Notes under the pieces: model-generated | Told to the model about the DNA's origin: nothing | Seen by the model: only the letters and a program-made list of their open reading frames with translations | The model's database searches: none | Source of the DNA: Rhina ancylostomus | Taxonomy: Eukaryota | DNA: 64,000 nucleotides | Reading direction: 5' to 3' | Assembly: GCA_030265395.1 (NCBI GenBank) | Contig: JARFYF010000071.1 | Location: forward strand, 3,742,686 to 3,806,685 | Position numbers and translations under genes: made by a program | Part shown: positions 36,051 to 49,207 of the stretch, one piece after another | How the letters are laid out: each line of letters begins with the position of its first letter | Numbering within the stretch: the first letter of the stretch is position 1

Positions 36051-37249
36051 CATTTTTTTGGCTTTTTGTTATTTTAATACAGCCTGTGCTTGCCAAAGGC
36101 ACCATATGAATACAAAGTCTTCTTCTAATTTGACTGTATTTATAGGAATTACTCTGTATTTCAATTACAGCATACTTCTATGAAATATAAATTATCTTTG
36201 TACCACAGCTGGAAATTTCCTTGTGTCTTCTCCCCATATCACCAAGAGTTTGGCAGAAATCAAATGTGTGCATGAGCTCTCTGCTTTATTCTTATTATTT
36301 CTTCTGTGTTATTGTGATGAAGTGGGAGAAGGCCCGAAGAAATTTCACTGTTAGTATTCAACATTAATAAGAAAGTAAGGAATAAACAAAAGCCATTTTG
36401 TTCATTTAACTCTAATGCCGTATAAATTATCTCATCTAAATTCCTGAGGGAAGGTTTTGCATAAATGCTTTCTAATCTTTAAAGATAATCTGGCAAATCT
36501 TCTGAATACTCATCCATCCCTGCATTCTCTCAGTTCCAGAACTGTATGCTTTAAGATGCTTAGAAACTGACTGGGAATAGCTATTTTGTATATTATCTAG
36601 CTTGCAGTGAATTGAAGTTATGGTCCAGTGACAAATAAATAGGCATAGATCAGTGCATTGCTATTGATGAGAGTTGATTCAGTAAAAATATGCAGAATCT
36701 CTCTTTGCTAAACATCTTCAGCATCCAAGGCACTTTGAATGAGCAAAGAGATGCTTCAGATATGCATGCTCTGCCAATAAGTCTTCTGTCTCCATAGCAA
36801 CTCTGATTACTTAAGAATTAATATTTTTTACAATGTTAATTTTCTCATATACATCTTTTATTTATGCAAGTATATAGTTTCATTGTCATCTTGTGTAATT
36901 TTTTTTACAAAGCGCATGTCCCATTTGTTACAATAGCAAGACTCTTCTCTCAATACTTTCCACTGTTGTAAACTGCAGGATCATGCCTTGAGGAGATGCA
37001 GAAGTACCACCATGAAATCATATTTCAATCTTTAAAATAATGGGGCACTTCAGATAAATTGGATCTTTTAAAGGGGAAATGTATAGGGAAGAGTGCTTTG
37101 TTAAACTAATCTCCATTTGTATTTTTAATGAAAACAATTGTAGGCACAGAGAAAGAAGCTAGGTGAGTGGTCCTGATGTAAACGTTTAATCTAGTAAATA
37201 ACAAAGTTAATTTAGCCCCTTGATTGGCTAACAGTTCGCAGTTAGAGGA

Positions 37250-38200
37250 CTCAGTTTCAGGAGGTTATGTATTCAAGCCCATTATAGACATTTGAGGGTG
37301 CAATCTGGGCTGATTTTTCATTAGGGCATTAAGGACAAGCATCATTGTCCAAGATGCCTTTTTACAGGTGGTATGTTAAAGTAGTACAGTGGGTGAGCTT
37401 GAAGAATGATATCATGCCAATAGGGAAGAAGAGAGCAGAAAATTGAAAGCTTTCTCATTAAAAAGAAAATGTACTAATAAGTTCAGCTCCAACGTGACAG
37501 CTTTCTGTGCTATTTCAGATATATCACATGACCTACGCTGATCAGCAAATCATTTTTTGAACAGTTCAAAAGCTATGATTTATTTAAAATAGTCACATGT
37601 AATTTGGGGGCTTGGTAGCATAGCGGTTAACGCAATGCTATTACAGCGCCAGCAATCGGGGTTCGATTCCCGTTGCTGTCTGTAAGGAGTTTGTACGTTC
37701 TCCCATGTCTGCATGGGTTTCCTCTGGGTGCTCCAGTTTCCTCCCACATTCTGAAGACATATGGGTAGGTTAATATGGGGTTTAAAATGGGCAGCGCGGA
37801 CTCGTTGGGCCAGAAGGGCCTGTTCCCACACTGTAAATAAATAAATAAAATTAAATAATTCTTTTGATCATCATTTTAATTCAGGGTTGTTACCTCTTTA
37901 TGCACATATTTGATTTCAACTATCCATTCAAATAATTCATAAAGATTCCTGCAACTTTTTAGAGCAGGAGCAGGGTTATCCTGTTGATCTGGCTAATGAT
38001 CCTTGCTCAATCAACACCATCAAAAACAGATTAATTGGTTACTCATCATATTTGCTGATTATGGCAATTTGCTGTGTTTCAATTGGATAACTATGTCTGC
38101 CTCAATAATGTCAGTGTGTGCACATCAAAAGAATATCATGGATTGTGAAACACTGGGATGTTTCAAGCATACAAGGAAGTGTTTTGTAATCATGTTCTTT
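37250..38200 (+). mobile_element. Old Deu-type SINE in two pieces (37250-37440, 37960-38200) around a younger V-SINE
   Basis: GGAGGTTATGTATTCAAGCCC..GCAATCTGGGCTGA...GAAGAAGAGAGCAG resumes as GAGCAGGGTTATCCTGTTGATCTGGCTAATGATCCTTGCTCAATCAACACC. Confidence 0.5.
37607..37850 (+). mobile_element. tRNA-derived V-SINE (HE1-like), full length
   Basis: A box GGTAGCATAGCGGTTAAC, B box GGTTCGATTCCC, V domain, CR1-like tail TTGGGCCAGAAGGGCCTGTT, (TAAA)n end. Confidence 0.92.
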
Positions 38201-38449
38201 ACCTTTTTTGAAAAAAACTGAAATTGATTGCCAGTGTGATTTCAGGACATGTGAGATAAAAAGGTTCATAGCTATATCCCTATAAGAGACATCACTATCA
38301 TATTCCAATGTTAATTCTTGATGTAAAATTGTGGTTTGAATATATAGCAAATTATTCTATTAAAATAGTAAGGTTCACAATGAAGAAACATGTTTCATAC
38401 ACTTCCTTTTTGAGGGAACAGTTTGAGAGTCTCAAAGGCTTGGAGCTTT

Positions 38450-40550
38450 TTTTATTCAATTTTTGCGATGTGGGTCTGGCTGGCATTTATTGCCCATCCC
38501 CTAGAAGATCAGACTGGTTGTCTTCATGTGGAGCCTCAGGAGATGGAGGAGATCTTAAGCAGTTTTTTTGCATCAGTATTACTCAGGAAACTGGCATAGT
38601 GGATATGGAAGGAAGAGAAACAAGCAATAGTGTCATGGAACATATAGAAATTAAAGAGGGGGAGCTGCTTGCTGCCTTACAGCGAATAGAGGTAGATAAA
38701 TCCCCCAGGCCTGATATTTCTTCAAACATTGAGAGAAACTTTGCAGAGTAGAAATTGCAGGGGCCCTGGCAGATATATTTAAAATGTCCTTAGCCACAGC
38801 TGTGGTGTCGGAGGACTGGAGGGTAGCTCATGTTGTTCTGTTGTTTAAAGAAGGACTTAAAAGTAAGCCAGGTAATTACAGGCTGGTGAGCCTGACATCA
38901 GTAGTGGGTAAATTATTGGAAGGTGTTCTGAGAGANNNNNNNNNNNNNNNNNNNNNNNNNNNNNNNNNNNNNNNNNNNNNNNNNNNNNNNNNNNNNNNNN
39001 NNNNNNNNNNNNNNNNNNNNNNNNNNNNNNNNNNNGGAGTGCAGAAGAATGAGGGGAGATTTGAAAGAGGTTTACAAAATTATGAGGGGTACAGACAGAC
39101 TTAATGCGAGTAGGCTCTTTCCACCTAGATTAGGAGAGATAAATATGAGAGGGTTTTAGGGTGAAAGGGGAAAGGTTTAGGGGGAACTTCTTCACTCAAA
39201 GAGTGGTGGGAGTATGGAACGGGTTGCCATCTGATGTAGTAAATGCGGGCTCATTTGATAAATTGGATAGATTCATGGGCAGGAGAGTTCTGGAGGGTTA
39301 TGGACTGGGAGCAGGTAAATGGGACTAGCGAAATAACATTTCGGCACAGACTAGAAGGGCCGAATGGCCTGTTTTCTGTGCTGCAGTGTTCTATGGTTCT
39401 ATCCCCAATTGCCCTTGAGTGGTGGTAAGCTCCCTTCTTGAGATACTACAGTCCTTTTGCTGAAGGCACTCTCACAATGTTATTGAGTGTGGACTTCCAG
39501 TATTTGGACACTGCAATGAAGAAAAAATAGCAAAATATTTCTAAGGAGGGATGGTACATGACTTGAAGTGCCATCATGTTCTCATAATTTGCTGCTCTTG
39601 TTTTTCTTGGTGGTACAGGTTGCAAGCTTGGGAGGTACTGTCTGAATAGCCTAGGCAAGCACCTACAGTGCATTTTATAGATGGCACAACTGTAGCCTTG
39701 ATGGGATTGTGATGGAAGAAGTAAATGTTTAGGGCAGTGGATGAAGTAGCAGACGTTCAGGCTGCTTTATTCTGAATGTTGTTGAGCTTCTCGAGTTTGT
39801 TCAACCTGCATTAAGGCAAATGAAGAGTGTTCAATCACATTCCTGATTTGGGATTATAGATGATAGAAGGGTTTTGGGGTGCCAGGAGCTGAGTCATTCA
39901 CTGTGGGACAGCATGCCTCTGACCTCTTATTACAGCCATTGTATTTATGTGGCTGTCAAATTGGAGACCTCCATGATGTTAATGGTGGGGTCGTGATAAC
40001 GGTAATGCAATTGAATGTTGCTGGTAGATTGTTAGACTGCTATTTATTGGAGATTGGCATAGCCTGCCAATTTAGTGGTGCGAATGTTGCTTGCTTTTTA
40101 TCAGCTCATGCCTGCATAATATTTAGGTCTCTCTGCATACAGGCATGAGCAACTTCGTTTTCTGAGGCATTGCGAATAGTATTGAACATTGTGCAATCAT
40201 CAGTGAACGTCTGACCATATGATGGAGGGAAAGTCAATGATGAAGCAGCTGAGGATGGTTTGTCCTAGGACACTACCCTGAGGAACTCCTGCAATATTGT
40301 CCTGAGCTGGGACGATTGACCTCCAACAACCACAACCATTTNNNNNNNNNNNNNNNNNNNNNNNNNNNNNNNNNNNNNNNNNNNNNNNNNNNNNNNNNNN
40401 NNNNNNNNNNNNNNNNNNNNNNNNNNNNNNNNNNNNNNNNNCACAACCATTTGTATTGATATGGCTGAAATCACTGGTGTGTTCTTCTGAATGGCCATTG
40501 ACCAGTTTTACCAGGATTTCTTGATGCCACACTCAGTCAAGTGCTGTGAA
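38450..40550 (-). mobile_element. LINE (family of 3160-5055) interrupted by a CR1
   Basis: Tail TGGCATTTATTGCCCATCCC (38481-38500) continues as ATCCCCAATTGCCCTTGAG (39401); RT motif AGVPQGSVLGQTILSCFIIDFPSII in ORF 40200..40532. Confidence 0.8.
38502..39400 (+). mobile_element. CR1 LINE (ORF2 fragment, gap, 3' tail)
   Basis: VSEDWRVAHVVLLFKEG..SKPGNYRLVSLTSVVGKLLE; IEVDKSP; tail GGGCCGAATGGCCTGTTTTCTGTGCTGCAGTGTTCTATGGTTCT. Confidence 0.9.
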
Positions 40551-41289
40551 TGGAACGATATTTAAGCTTGATTCTGTTTATATCAATACACACTTCATGG
40601 CAAGAATCACTGAATCCTGACTAACAGTTTCCCCTTCCGAGTGGCCTCAGTGTGCCCCCGTTGCTTCCCAGGTTAAGAGTGTATAACTTCATGGTCCAAA
40701 GAATAAAACAGTGCCTCTTTCTGCAGGTTCAATATGACATAAGTGATGCATGAGTTCACTAAGCAAATGGGGCCTCTAATCTACTTGTTCCAAGTTCCAT
40801 GGAACCTCTTCTTCAATAGCCAATAATTCTTTTGTGCAGTAGTCTGTGCCTCCCAAATTTCTTCCTCAATCCCCTTCATTAGCTGAGGAAATATAGTAAT
40901 TTTCTCAGGAGATTTGTTGATCGCAGGTCGTTTTAACTTAACAAATATATCCTGTCGCTGATTTCAAAATGTCTGGTACTGATTAAACTACCAACATTGA
41001 ATTGCAAATTATAATTATACTTTTTGTTACAAAAATTACTTGTAGATGTTATCACCAGATTCCCTACTACTTTAAATTTAGAGCTCAGACATCTATACTA
41101 AACACTGTTTTATTTTTACAATATGAGAAGCAGTCATAGTGCAGCTCAGATTTGTTAACTCATTGTAGACCTGGAGGCAAATCTGGGACTTTTTTAGCCA
41201 GTGGGGCTTGTTTCAACCTCCTGTGGAGGCACTTAAGCACCAAACCATTTGGGAAGTTGTGATTTTTTTTCTAATGATATTAGCATTTG

Positions 41290-41620
41290 CCAAGAGTGGC
41301 TGGTGCATGGAATGCGCTGCCTGGGGTGGTGGTGGAGGCAGATATGTTGGACAGGTTCAAGAGGTTGTTGGATAGGCNNNNNNNNNNNNNNNNNNNNNNN
41401 NNNNNNNNNNNNNNNNNNNNNNNNNNNNNNNNNNNNNNNNNNNNNNNNNNNNNNNNNNNNNNNNNNNNNNNNNNNNNAGGCATATGGAGGAATGTGGGAT
41501 AGAGGGATATGTGGGAGGAAGGGGTTAGATAGTGTGAGGTGTGGTTTGATGGGCCGCACAACACGGTGGGCCAAAGGGCCTGTATTGTGCTGTATTGTTC
41601 TATGGATCTATTCTATGTAA
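41290..41620 (+). mobile_element. CR1 3' fragment with gap
   Basis: RVAGAWNALPGVVVEADMLDRFKRLLDR plus CR1 tail. Confidence 0.85.
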
Positions 41621-41899
41621 CATAACAAAGTACAGTAATATTAATTTATTTTTCAGTTAAATCATCACATGCAATTGTTTATTGGGTGCAATTTTGTGAG
41701 GCACTGCTTTCAAGTCTCAGTAGATAGGTGCAGAAGGGTACATCTATATGGCTGATTCTGACATGCGCAATTCCATTTTGCCAGCTGAATTATCATTACT
41801 GAACACATTTTACTGGTTAGAATTAAAATAGTAGCTTCCATTTGCTCATTAAGAATTATTGTTTCAGTAGATCCATTGCAAATGACATGCCTGGTAAGA

Positions 41900-42250
41900 T
41901 AGTGAATCTTTGGTCAAAGTGGTCCTTGGTTCAATTCACTGAGTGCTACCGCAGTCTTTGGCATCCTTCGGCTCAGGCAGAAGGCATGAACAACAGCCAC
42001 GATTCATGCTCCTGTCTGTTAATCAGCGACCTCTGCTAAAATGGGGACGGTGTGAATGGAATTGGGTTCAGTTCCATTGTAACTCCCCCCTTCCCACGTC
42101 TGAGTTATCCACTCTTGTGCATGGTCAAGTCGAGCACATGAATAATGATAGAAGGAACAATGATAATGGTGAAAGCAGCAAGTGTGTGAAGATCCATAAC
42201 CAAAAGTTGAATTTATTGGCAAATGTCATTCAGACAATGAGGGTCATTGG
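41900..42250 (+). mobile_element. Ancient SINE-like repeat (related to 51960-52335, 29870-30075, 55940-56230, and antisense 5640-5860, 17620-17850)
   Basis: Shared degenerate blocks such as CATGCTCCTG..ATCAGCGACCTCTGCTAAAA and CACATGAATAATG / TACATGAAGAATGG; the 51960 copy has a tRNA-like head (GGCCTAGTGGATAA...GTTCAATTGC). Confidence 0.35.
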
Positions 42251-45120
42251 TCTTGATATCTCGAAATTGACAGTACATTGGAGAGCATTCTTCTGAGATG
42301 AGCTGTTTGGTCAAACTGAAAGGGAGGAATAATATTTTTCAGAGCCTGAGAGAGTATAATGTTAATTTTGATGCACTGAATTATGGAAAGTGTTCTGGTT
42401 TCAACAGTGAAATTGTTCATCTCCATGAGTAGAAGATTCAATAAATTTTACAAATGTGAATGTCCATGGCTTTACTTTGAATAATTTTTAAAGGAAAAGT
42501 TTATTAACATTCCTGCTTGTTAGGCAGCAATATAACCTGTGATTTGTTTTTTAATGATGCATTAAAACTTAGACAGCTTGAGGACAGTTAACCCAATTTG
42601 AGACTAAGCTCAGGCACTGATTTGCATGTGGTTAAAGTAGAGGTATTCATATCCATGGAGGATCAACTGTTGGCTGAATGGTCTTAGTTGAATAGAGGCT
42701 GCAAGTCTATACAGATCAGGAAACATCCATCCCAGAACTGAAAGGATACTTTGGGTATCAACCTGAAGCAAGTATCCATTGATCCTTACATGTGTTTTCA
42801 GCTGATTATCATTAGTTCAGTTTCAGTGCCAGTGCATTTGGAAAGGAGCTAAAAATAATGCAATACTTTTGTTTTAGTAACTGCAGTCAGGTGTGAAATA
42901 AAAATAATATTTCATTGTTAGTGCTTGGAAATAATACATTCCACAATGCTTCTCCAGTATTAGGTGCACAATAGAGCATTTGCAAATTCTGGAATTAATT
43001 TTTTTATTCTTTTCTCCTTTCAAAGAAGTTTATTATTAAATGGTTATTCCCACTTGTGACATATCCTCAACCCTTTGTTGATCCTCCTGTACATCTATGC
43101 CATTCATATTGGACAAAAATGTGCCAGGTTAATTGTCCCCCTTATATTTTCTGTTATGTCCCTGTGTGGAAAAATACTTGATTTCTGATCTTACAGATGG
43201 CCTCAGTTGTGACCTGGGTATTCAGTGTGTAGGGTATGGTTTGTGGGGGCTCAGAGATGAATGAACCACCTTCCAAGACTTCTGGAGTAATGCATGGCAC
43301 AGCAGAACACTGCCCCATCAGGCTGCCTTAGATTAACCTTTGAACTTTTGCTGCAGTTGCTGTGACACTGTAATTAATCTTTCAAGTATTTAATCTGGAC
43401 TAAAATTCAGTTCAGAACTGAGCGCATCTCAAGCAAACTGGCAGATTTCTTTGAAAAGCTTTTTGTAGCTTCTCCAGAATGATTGCCCCTGTTTGTCTTC
43501 AAATTAGGAGATTTATTGCAACCACATTCAAAGACACAATAAATAAATGCAGTCCTGCTACAATTGCATTCTTATAGATGGTGCCATGGGGAATAACAGG
43601 GGCCAGTAGGTTTCCAGCTTTGGGCTGAATTGTTTTTCAAGTTCAGTTTATAGATGCAGGAGTTGAAAGGGTGTGTGTACAAGGTGGAGAAAGAAAGGAA
43701 GAAAATCAGGATTGGCATGATAAGAACAGGAGACTAAGTGAAACTTTCAAGCTCCACAAGCGAAATGAAGACTAGTAGCTTCATTCATCGTCACGCTCCA
43801 TTATGTAAACCAAGACCCAATGTTATTGTTTACAATCTATTATAGCTCAGCCAAGCCGTTAGATACAACTCTGGGTTGGCTTCTGATCAGTCAGTTCTGT
43901 TATATATACACTTGGTTTACAGTCCAACTTTTTCATTGCATCAAAAACTATTGCCACATTAAATTGCCATATTCTGGGATTCTTTAAAATTGATAAACAA
44001 GGAAAGTTAGCAATTTTATTAATTACACAATGTTTGGGCAGAAGAGCATTATACTGAAGCACATAAGAAAATCATAGATTCTGATCTGCTTACTGAGTAT
44101 TTCTTGATTTTACTTGTGTTGTTTGACAAGTATCTCAAGATTGATAAAAGGACTATTGGATACCCTTGCGTACAGCCACACTTTGAATATTTGAAGGCTT
44201 CACCTCATTTTGTTACTAAAAACATGGTAACTGTGAGATATTGAAGACCTTTCTGTTAACCTAGAAAAACAGTACCTGCTTACTAACTACATTTTTTTGG
44301 AGTGGTGGGGAGGAGGTTGGGATGAGAACCCAGGTCAAAGGTTGAATTTTTTGCACAATATGACTTAATCCTCCTTGCTTTTCACTGAAGTTACTGAAAG
44401 GCTGTACTGGGTATGTGTGCTGCTTATTCTCATTGTAACANNNNNNNNNNNNNNNNNNNNNNNNNNNNNNNNNNNNNNNNNNNNNNNNNNNNNNNNNNNN
44501 NNNNNNNNNNNNNNNNNNNNNNNNNNNNNNNNNNNNNNNNTGTAACAGCTCTTTTGTTGGACTTCTTTCCATTTATATAAAAAATATATATATATATATA
44601 CAGCTTTCAAACTTGGCAGCTGGTGTCTGTGCTCTTCGTACACTGTTTTATAGAAAACTGACAACTTAGCTGCCCTTTTACACAGTGTGTCTCACAAATT
44701 CATCAGAGCTGAGTTGCTTGTATGTGTAAGCAGGTTTGAAACTGGTCACCCAGTGGTAGGACTGATCTCCCAGCGTTATTTGTTTCCACCCTTTATATCT
44801 CATGCATTTCTCACTTCATTCCTTCCACTCCATTTTTACAAATATCATCAAAGCATTTGTTATTTGTGACCAAAACATCTTCTCCAACTTCATTAACATT
44901 CAATGTATAAAACAGTGAAAAAAAAACACAGCTAATCTCCCTGCAGGAATACATAATACAGCAATAGAGATGATCTAAATTTGTTCAAAATACAAAAGGA
45001 AAAAGAAAAGTGAGGATTGGTAAAGTAACAGTTCTAAATTGTACAGTGCAGTTTTTCAGTACTTTGCTCTGAAATCTTAGCTATTCACCACAGAAACCAG
45101 TTATGTAGAATATCACTCAC

Positions 45121-45150
45121 CTGGTTAAAAATCTGTTTAGGCCATAACAT
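45121..45150 (-). CDS. Candidate coding part of an alternative first exon (MLWPKQIFNQ, phase-0 donor)
   Basis: Minus strand GAAAGG-ATG (A at -3) at 45150, 10 codons, then consensus donor CAG|GTGAGT (45120-45115). Host gene not recognised. Confidence 0.3.
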
Positions 45151-46537
45151 CCTTTCCCCAAATGCACTCAAAGTAAAATTACCATAAAAACAATCTTTGC
45201 ACAGAATGATAAAATTGAATTCGTCAGAAATCAGAAGACTGCCAGGAATGAATGTTATCCAATGCTTTTCACAAGCAGGTGAGAGTGAAGAAAGGTAAGA
45301 ATGAAGCTCCTGGCAATTTACTGCAAAATGACATTGCTTTATGGTGCATGGAAACAGAATTAAGAGAGCGAAAGGAAAGCGCAGGAAGAGAAGACTTGTC
45401 ATATGCATGTAGGTTGATTAGTCGATTGGAAAGGGTTTGCAGAAAGAACAGGCTTCTTCATTGTCATAAGCTAAACAAGCAGAATGCTACAAAGCAGCTT
45501 TTAGTTTTCAGATAATTCAAAATTTTTACATCTTTCCTTGGAGTTCACATGTTGATAGTTAATTAGCAATTGTTCTTTTTCTCTATAATCTCAGGATATT
45601 ACTTTATACAGAACCAGAGGTACATAGGCATCAATGGCTGTGCTGGAAGTACGTTAACAAGATAGTAGAGTAAGCATTGGAAATTCACTTGATGGCACAT
45701 TGTTAACAACATATTTCCCTTGTTTAGCACTGCTTAAACACAAAATGACAGATTTTATTCTTATTTTCAGTTCACATAGTTTCATTGCTGATTTGTGCAT
45801 ATGTTGTGAAAATCGCACTTTGTGTGAAATTCTAACAGGGTTGCAGTAAAAAGATCCAATTTTCCATAGTTCCACTTTATAAGGGGAGTGCAATATATAG
45901 TTACCTGACCTACAAGAATGGAATTAAATACAACCAGAACATTCAATTTTAACAATAAAATCAAAAGTGGAATGTAACTTCCCATCAGTAGCCACAGTTA
46001 GTTACCACAAGATGCACTTTGCAGAAAAATGTGCTTAATGGGGTGGTGGTGTGATGCTTTCGGATTGAGGAAAAGTGTAAACCTTGACAAGCTGACCCAG
46101 AATATGTGTGCCAAAATTGGAAATCATATCAATATAATTTATCAAAATAAACCATACCATAAATGCTACAAATAACGAAATTATCTGTAACTCTCTACGT
46201 TTATTATTTAACGTAGCAATCATATTTCAATATATTATGAAAATTGCCAAATGTTTTGATGTGTAGATGCACAAAAGAAATTCCTCTTCTGAGAGCAATT
46301 TGGATCTTTCCGCCCTCACAGAGTAACTCGCACAATTATTCGTATTAAGATCGGCCAGTGCTGACTGAATCTGTTCACAACTGTAGAAAACTTTGTGTGT
46401 ATAAAACAGAGGCCTTCTATTCAGCAGATTACTCTGCATTTAATAAAGTGAGTGGAGATCAGATTGCACAAGAATCTGCAAATTTGCAAAGTAGAAAAAA
46501 TCTTCCAAATGAGTAAAGCATTTTAGCTCTCGCTTAC

Positions 46538-46900
46538 CTGTTCAAGGTTTGCTCATCTTCAGGCACTGTGATTCAAATTAAGCCCCCATGAAACACAAGA
46601 GATATTCCACTAAGCGAAGGAAAAGAGATCAAAAAGAGTTCAACACACTCCTGAAGTCAGAAAGCACGAGCAAGGTACACAGCCACCGGACGATCATACA
46701 TCAAGGAAAAAAACAGGTTGGGTCTCAATGTTCCAAAGATGTTTCAGACAAGCCAGTTAGTAACCACTGCAAAAGCTCAACTGGAGAACTGAGGGCTCCT
46801 GCTGACACGCTTGCTGAAAATTCTGATGAGATCACCGGTAGGTTGGGCTTCTGGGTTGACAGACAGCCGAGGATGTATTTGGGATTTTGCATTTACAGCT
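46538..46900 (-). promoter_or_regulatory. Candidate non-coding first exon/promoter region of a minus-strand gene
   Basis: Strong donor CAG|GTAAGC at 46538/46537; locally more CpGs; no recognisable repeats across about 44.7-47.4 kb. Upstream boundary is a guess. Confidence 0.3.
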
Positions 46901-47457
46901 ATCTTGAGGGGATGTGAAGCTAACCTTGTGGGCTATTCCATACGGAATAACTCAGTCATGTGTATTCATTTAAACAAAAGCCAGCGGCTAAGATAAAAAC
47001 CGAGACAGAGAAAAAACACTAGAATAAATGTGCAGTCATTTATCTGCTACAACTTGAGAGAGTTTGATCATTTTATTGTTCTTCAATTTGCTGATAGAAT
47101 GTTGAGTAAATCAGGCAATGCCACCTTTTTTCCTAAACCTTTTTGAAAACCCTGAATAGCACGATACATTGTTTGCTTCCCTTTTGGATGGTCATTGGTC
47201 GGGCAGACCTGAAGATTTCTGCACTGTATGGAATTGACAATCTTAACGTGATACATAATTTTGATGCATTGTTTAAAAGGGGGATAGTGGAACATGGGTC
47301 ATTTGCTGTATGCTATGCTGCTGTTATACGCTTTTAAACAGTATTTTCTTTTAGCAAGGGGGCAGTATTTTCGGATTCTCGAATGCCGATGTTTATTCTG
47401 ACCTGATTAATTCGATGATGCTGCCTACTTCTATGAAGTACATTATGAATTTGTGTA

Positions 47458-47461
<4 letters not shown>

Positions 47462-47494
<33 letters not shown>

Positions 47495-47513
47495 AGAGAG
47501 AGAGAGAGAGAGA
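47462..47513 (+). repeat. Compound microsatellite (TG)n(AG)n
   Basis: Directly visible. Confidence 0.95.
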
Positions 47514-48189
47514 CATTGCATTCAAAATATGCTTTACATATCCTCATATGCACTATATGTGTAAATATTTTTTGGAAATGTTATTTACTTAATAAAAATT
47601 AGGCAGGTGGCAGCTGTTTATCTGAGGGCAGAGCTGACAAGTGTGAAAGTGTCAGTTTAAATTTCTGTAAGTGCAGCATTGAAAACTGTCAAGCACTGCT
47701 TTGAAATCTGCCTGGTTAACATTAATGGGAACTCAGCAGGGCACGTACTTGAATTGATTTCGAACATTATTGGAGGTAGATATTTTACACATTCAGGATG
47801 GTTTTTAACATGCTTAATGATTATGGGGTGAAGGGAGTCATGATCTGTCCTGTGATGAGAGTTGAAGTGCATGGCGAACTGAGATCGGGTTCAGGCAAAT
47901 TTAACTCATTCTTGTCTCTGAGCTGAGTATTTGATATCTGCCCTACTAGAGTCATAAGTAATTCCTAATCACAAAGCCAGCGCTAAAGCCTCAAAGTTAC
48001 CCAGTACACTGCTGCCTTGTTTCTCTTTTGTTAAGTTCAGGTACAGGTATAAGTTGCAAATCCCTGATAAAATGTTTCAAATGTGCTATGTGGACCTGTA
48101 CAGTATCGGTACTGCATGCATGCATTAAAAAGTGATAGTTATCTACGTTAAAAGTGTTTATGTGTATTTCTGTAGAATACACAAGCATA

Positions 48190-48485
48190 GTAGTTGAGTT
48201 GCAGAACTGAAATCTAGATGCCCAGACTAACGATCTAAAGACATGAAGTTGAATCCCATCAGAGCAGCTAGGAAATTTAAAATTGCATCATCAAATATCA
48301 GTAATGGTTACCACAAAAATACCAGATTACAAAAAAATTCTGATAGGCAGATGTCCTTCGAGGAAGGAAATATGCCATTCTTACCCACTCTGGCCAAAAT
48401 GTGACTCCAGATCCACAGCAATGTGGTTGATTCTTAATTGCCGTATGATTTGGCCCATCAAGTCACAAAGGCCTGGGGCCAGTTG
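48190..48485 (+). mobile_element. tRNA-derived SINE, same family as 23308-23645
   Basis: GATGTCCTTCGAGGAAGGAAATATGCCATTCTTACCCACTCTGGCCAAAATGTGACTCCAGATCCACAGCAATGTGGTTGATTCTTAATTGCC. Confidence 0.75.
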
Positions 48486-49029
48486 GTGACAGACACTAAC
48501 TTCTGAGAACAAATGAATAAACTTAATCTGGGCATATAATATGTAGGTACTTAACAACAGCACAAATGGGCTGTTATTGGAGCAGCTTTAATATAGTTAA
48601 CAATATCAGATCATTTCATAGGAGTGCTGCAGAATTTCAAATTGAGCTAGGTGATACTAGGATTGATAATTTGACACCTCGGGTACTTAAAACCAAATAT
48701 GTTCATCTGGAGAAGTTCAAATAGATATCAGGAGACAATTGGAACAGGATGCTGTACTTCTGATCCCAGTACTTAGATAAATTTTGATTATGTACTTTAT
48801 TGTTTAATAACTTCATGGAGTGATTTGGGAAGTTGAGAAATAGACTTGGTTGAAGCAGTGTTTTGCTGTCCATGCTGCAAAAATGGGAAAGGTGAAACAG
48901 ACGTTACATATCACCATTGGTGGGAGTGTTTAATTACACTGACGGGTTTATGTTGGAAATTTCCACCATAAATGTAGTTTGTGGAATTAACAATATGATT
49001 TGTTGTACTGTATAGATCTAAGATCTGAA

Positions 49030-49207
49030 AATCAAAAAACCCTGCAGATACTGGAAATCTGAAATAAAAACAGAAAACACTGGCAATATTCAGCAGGTCA
49101 GACTGCCTCTGTGGAAAGAGAAACAGACCTGAAATGTTAAATCTGTTTCTCTCACTACCAATGTGGCCTGACCTGCTGAGTATTTCCAGCATTTTCTGTT
49201 TTATTTT
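49030..49207. mobile_element. Penelope-derived hairpin element
   Basis: AAATAAAAACAGAAAACACTGGCAATATTCAGCAGGTCAG mirrored by CTGACCTGCTGAGTATTTCCAGCATTTTCTGTTTTATTT; possible degenerate TSD TAGATCTAAGATCT / TAAATTTAAGATTT. Confidence 0.75.

Noticed and set aside
37607-37680. tRNA-like sequence with A and B boxes
   Set aside because: Head of a V-SINE, not a tRNA gene.
46588-46917. 109-aa Lys/Ser-rich plus-strand ORF
   Set aside because: No domain; better explained as the antisense of a pyrimidine-rich minus-strand 5' UTR.
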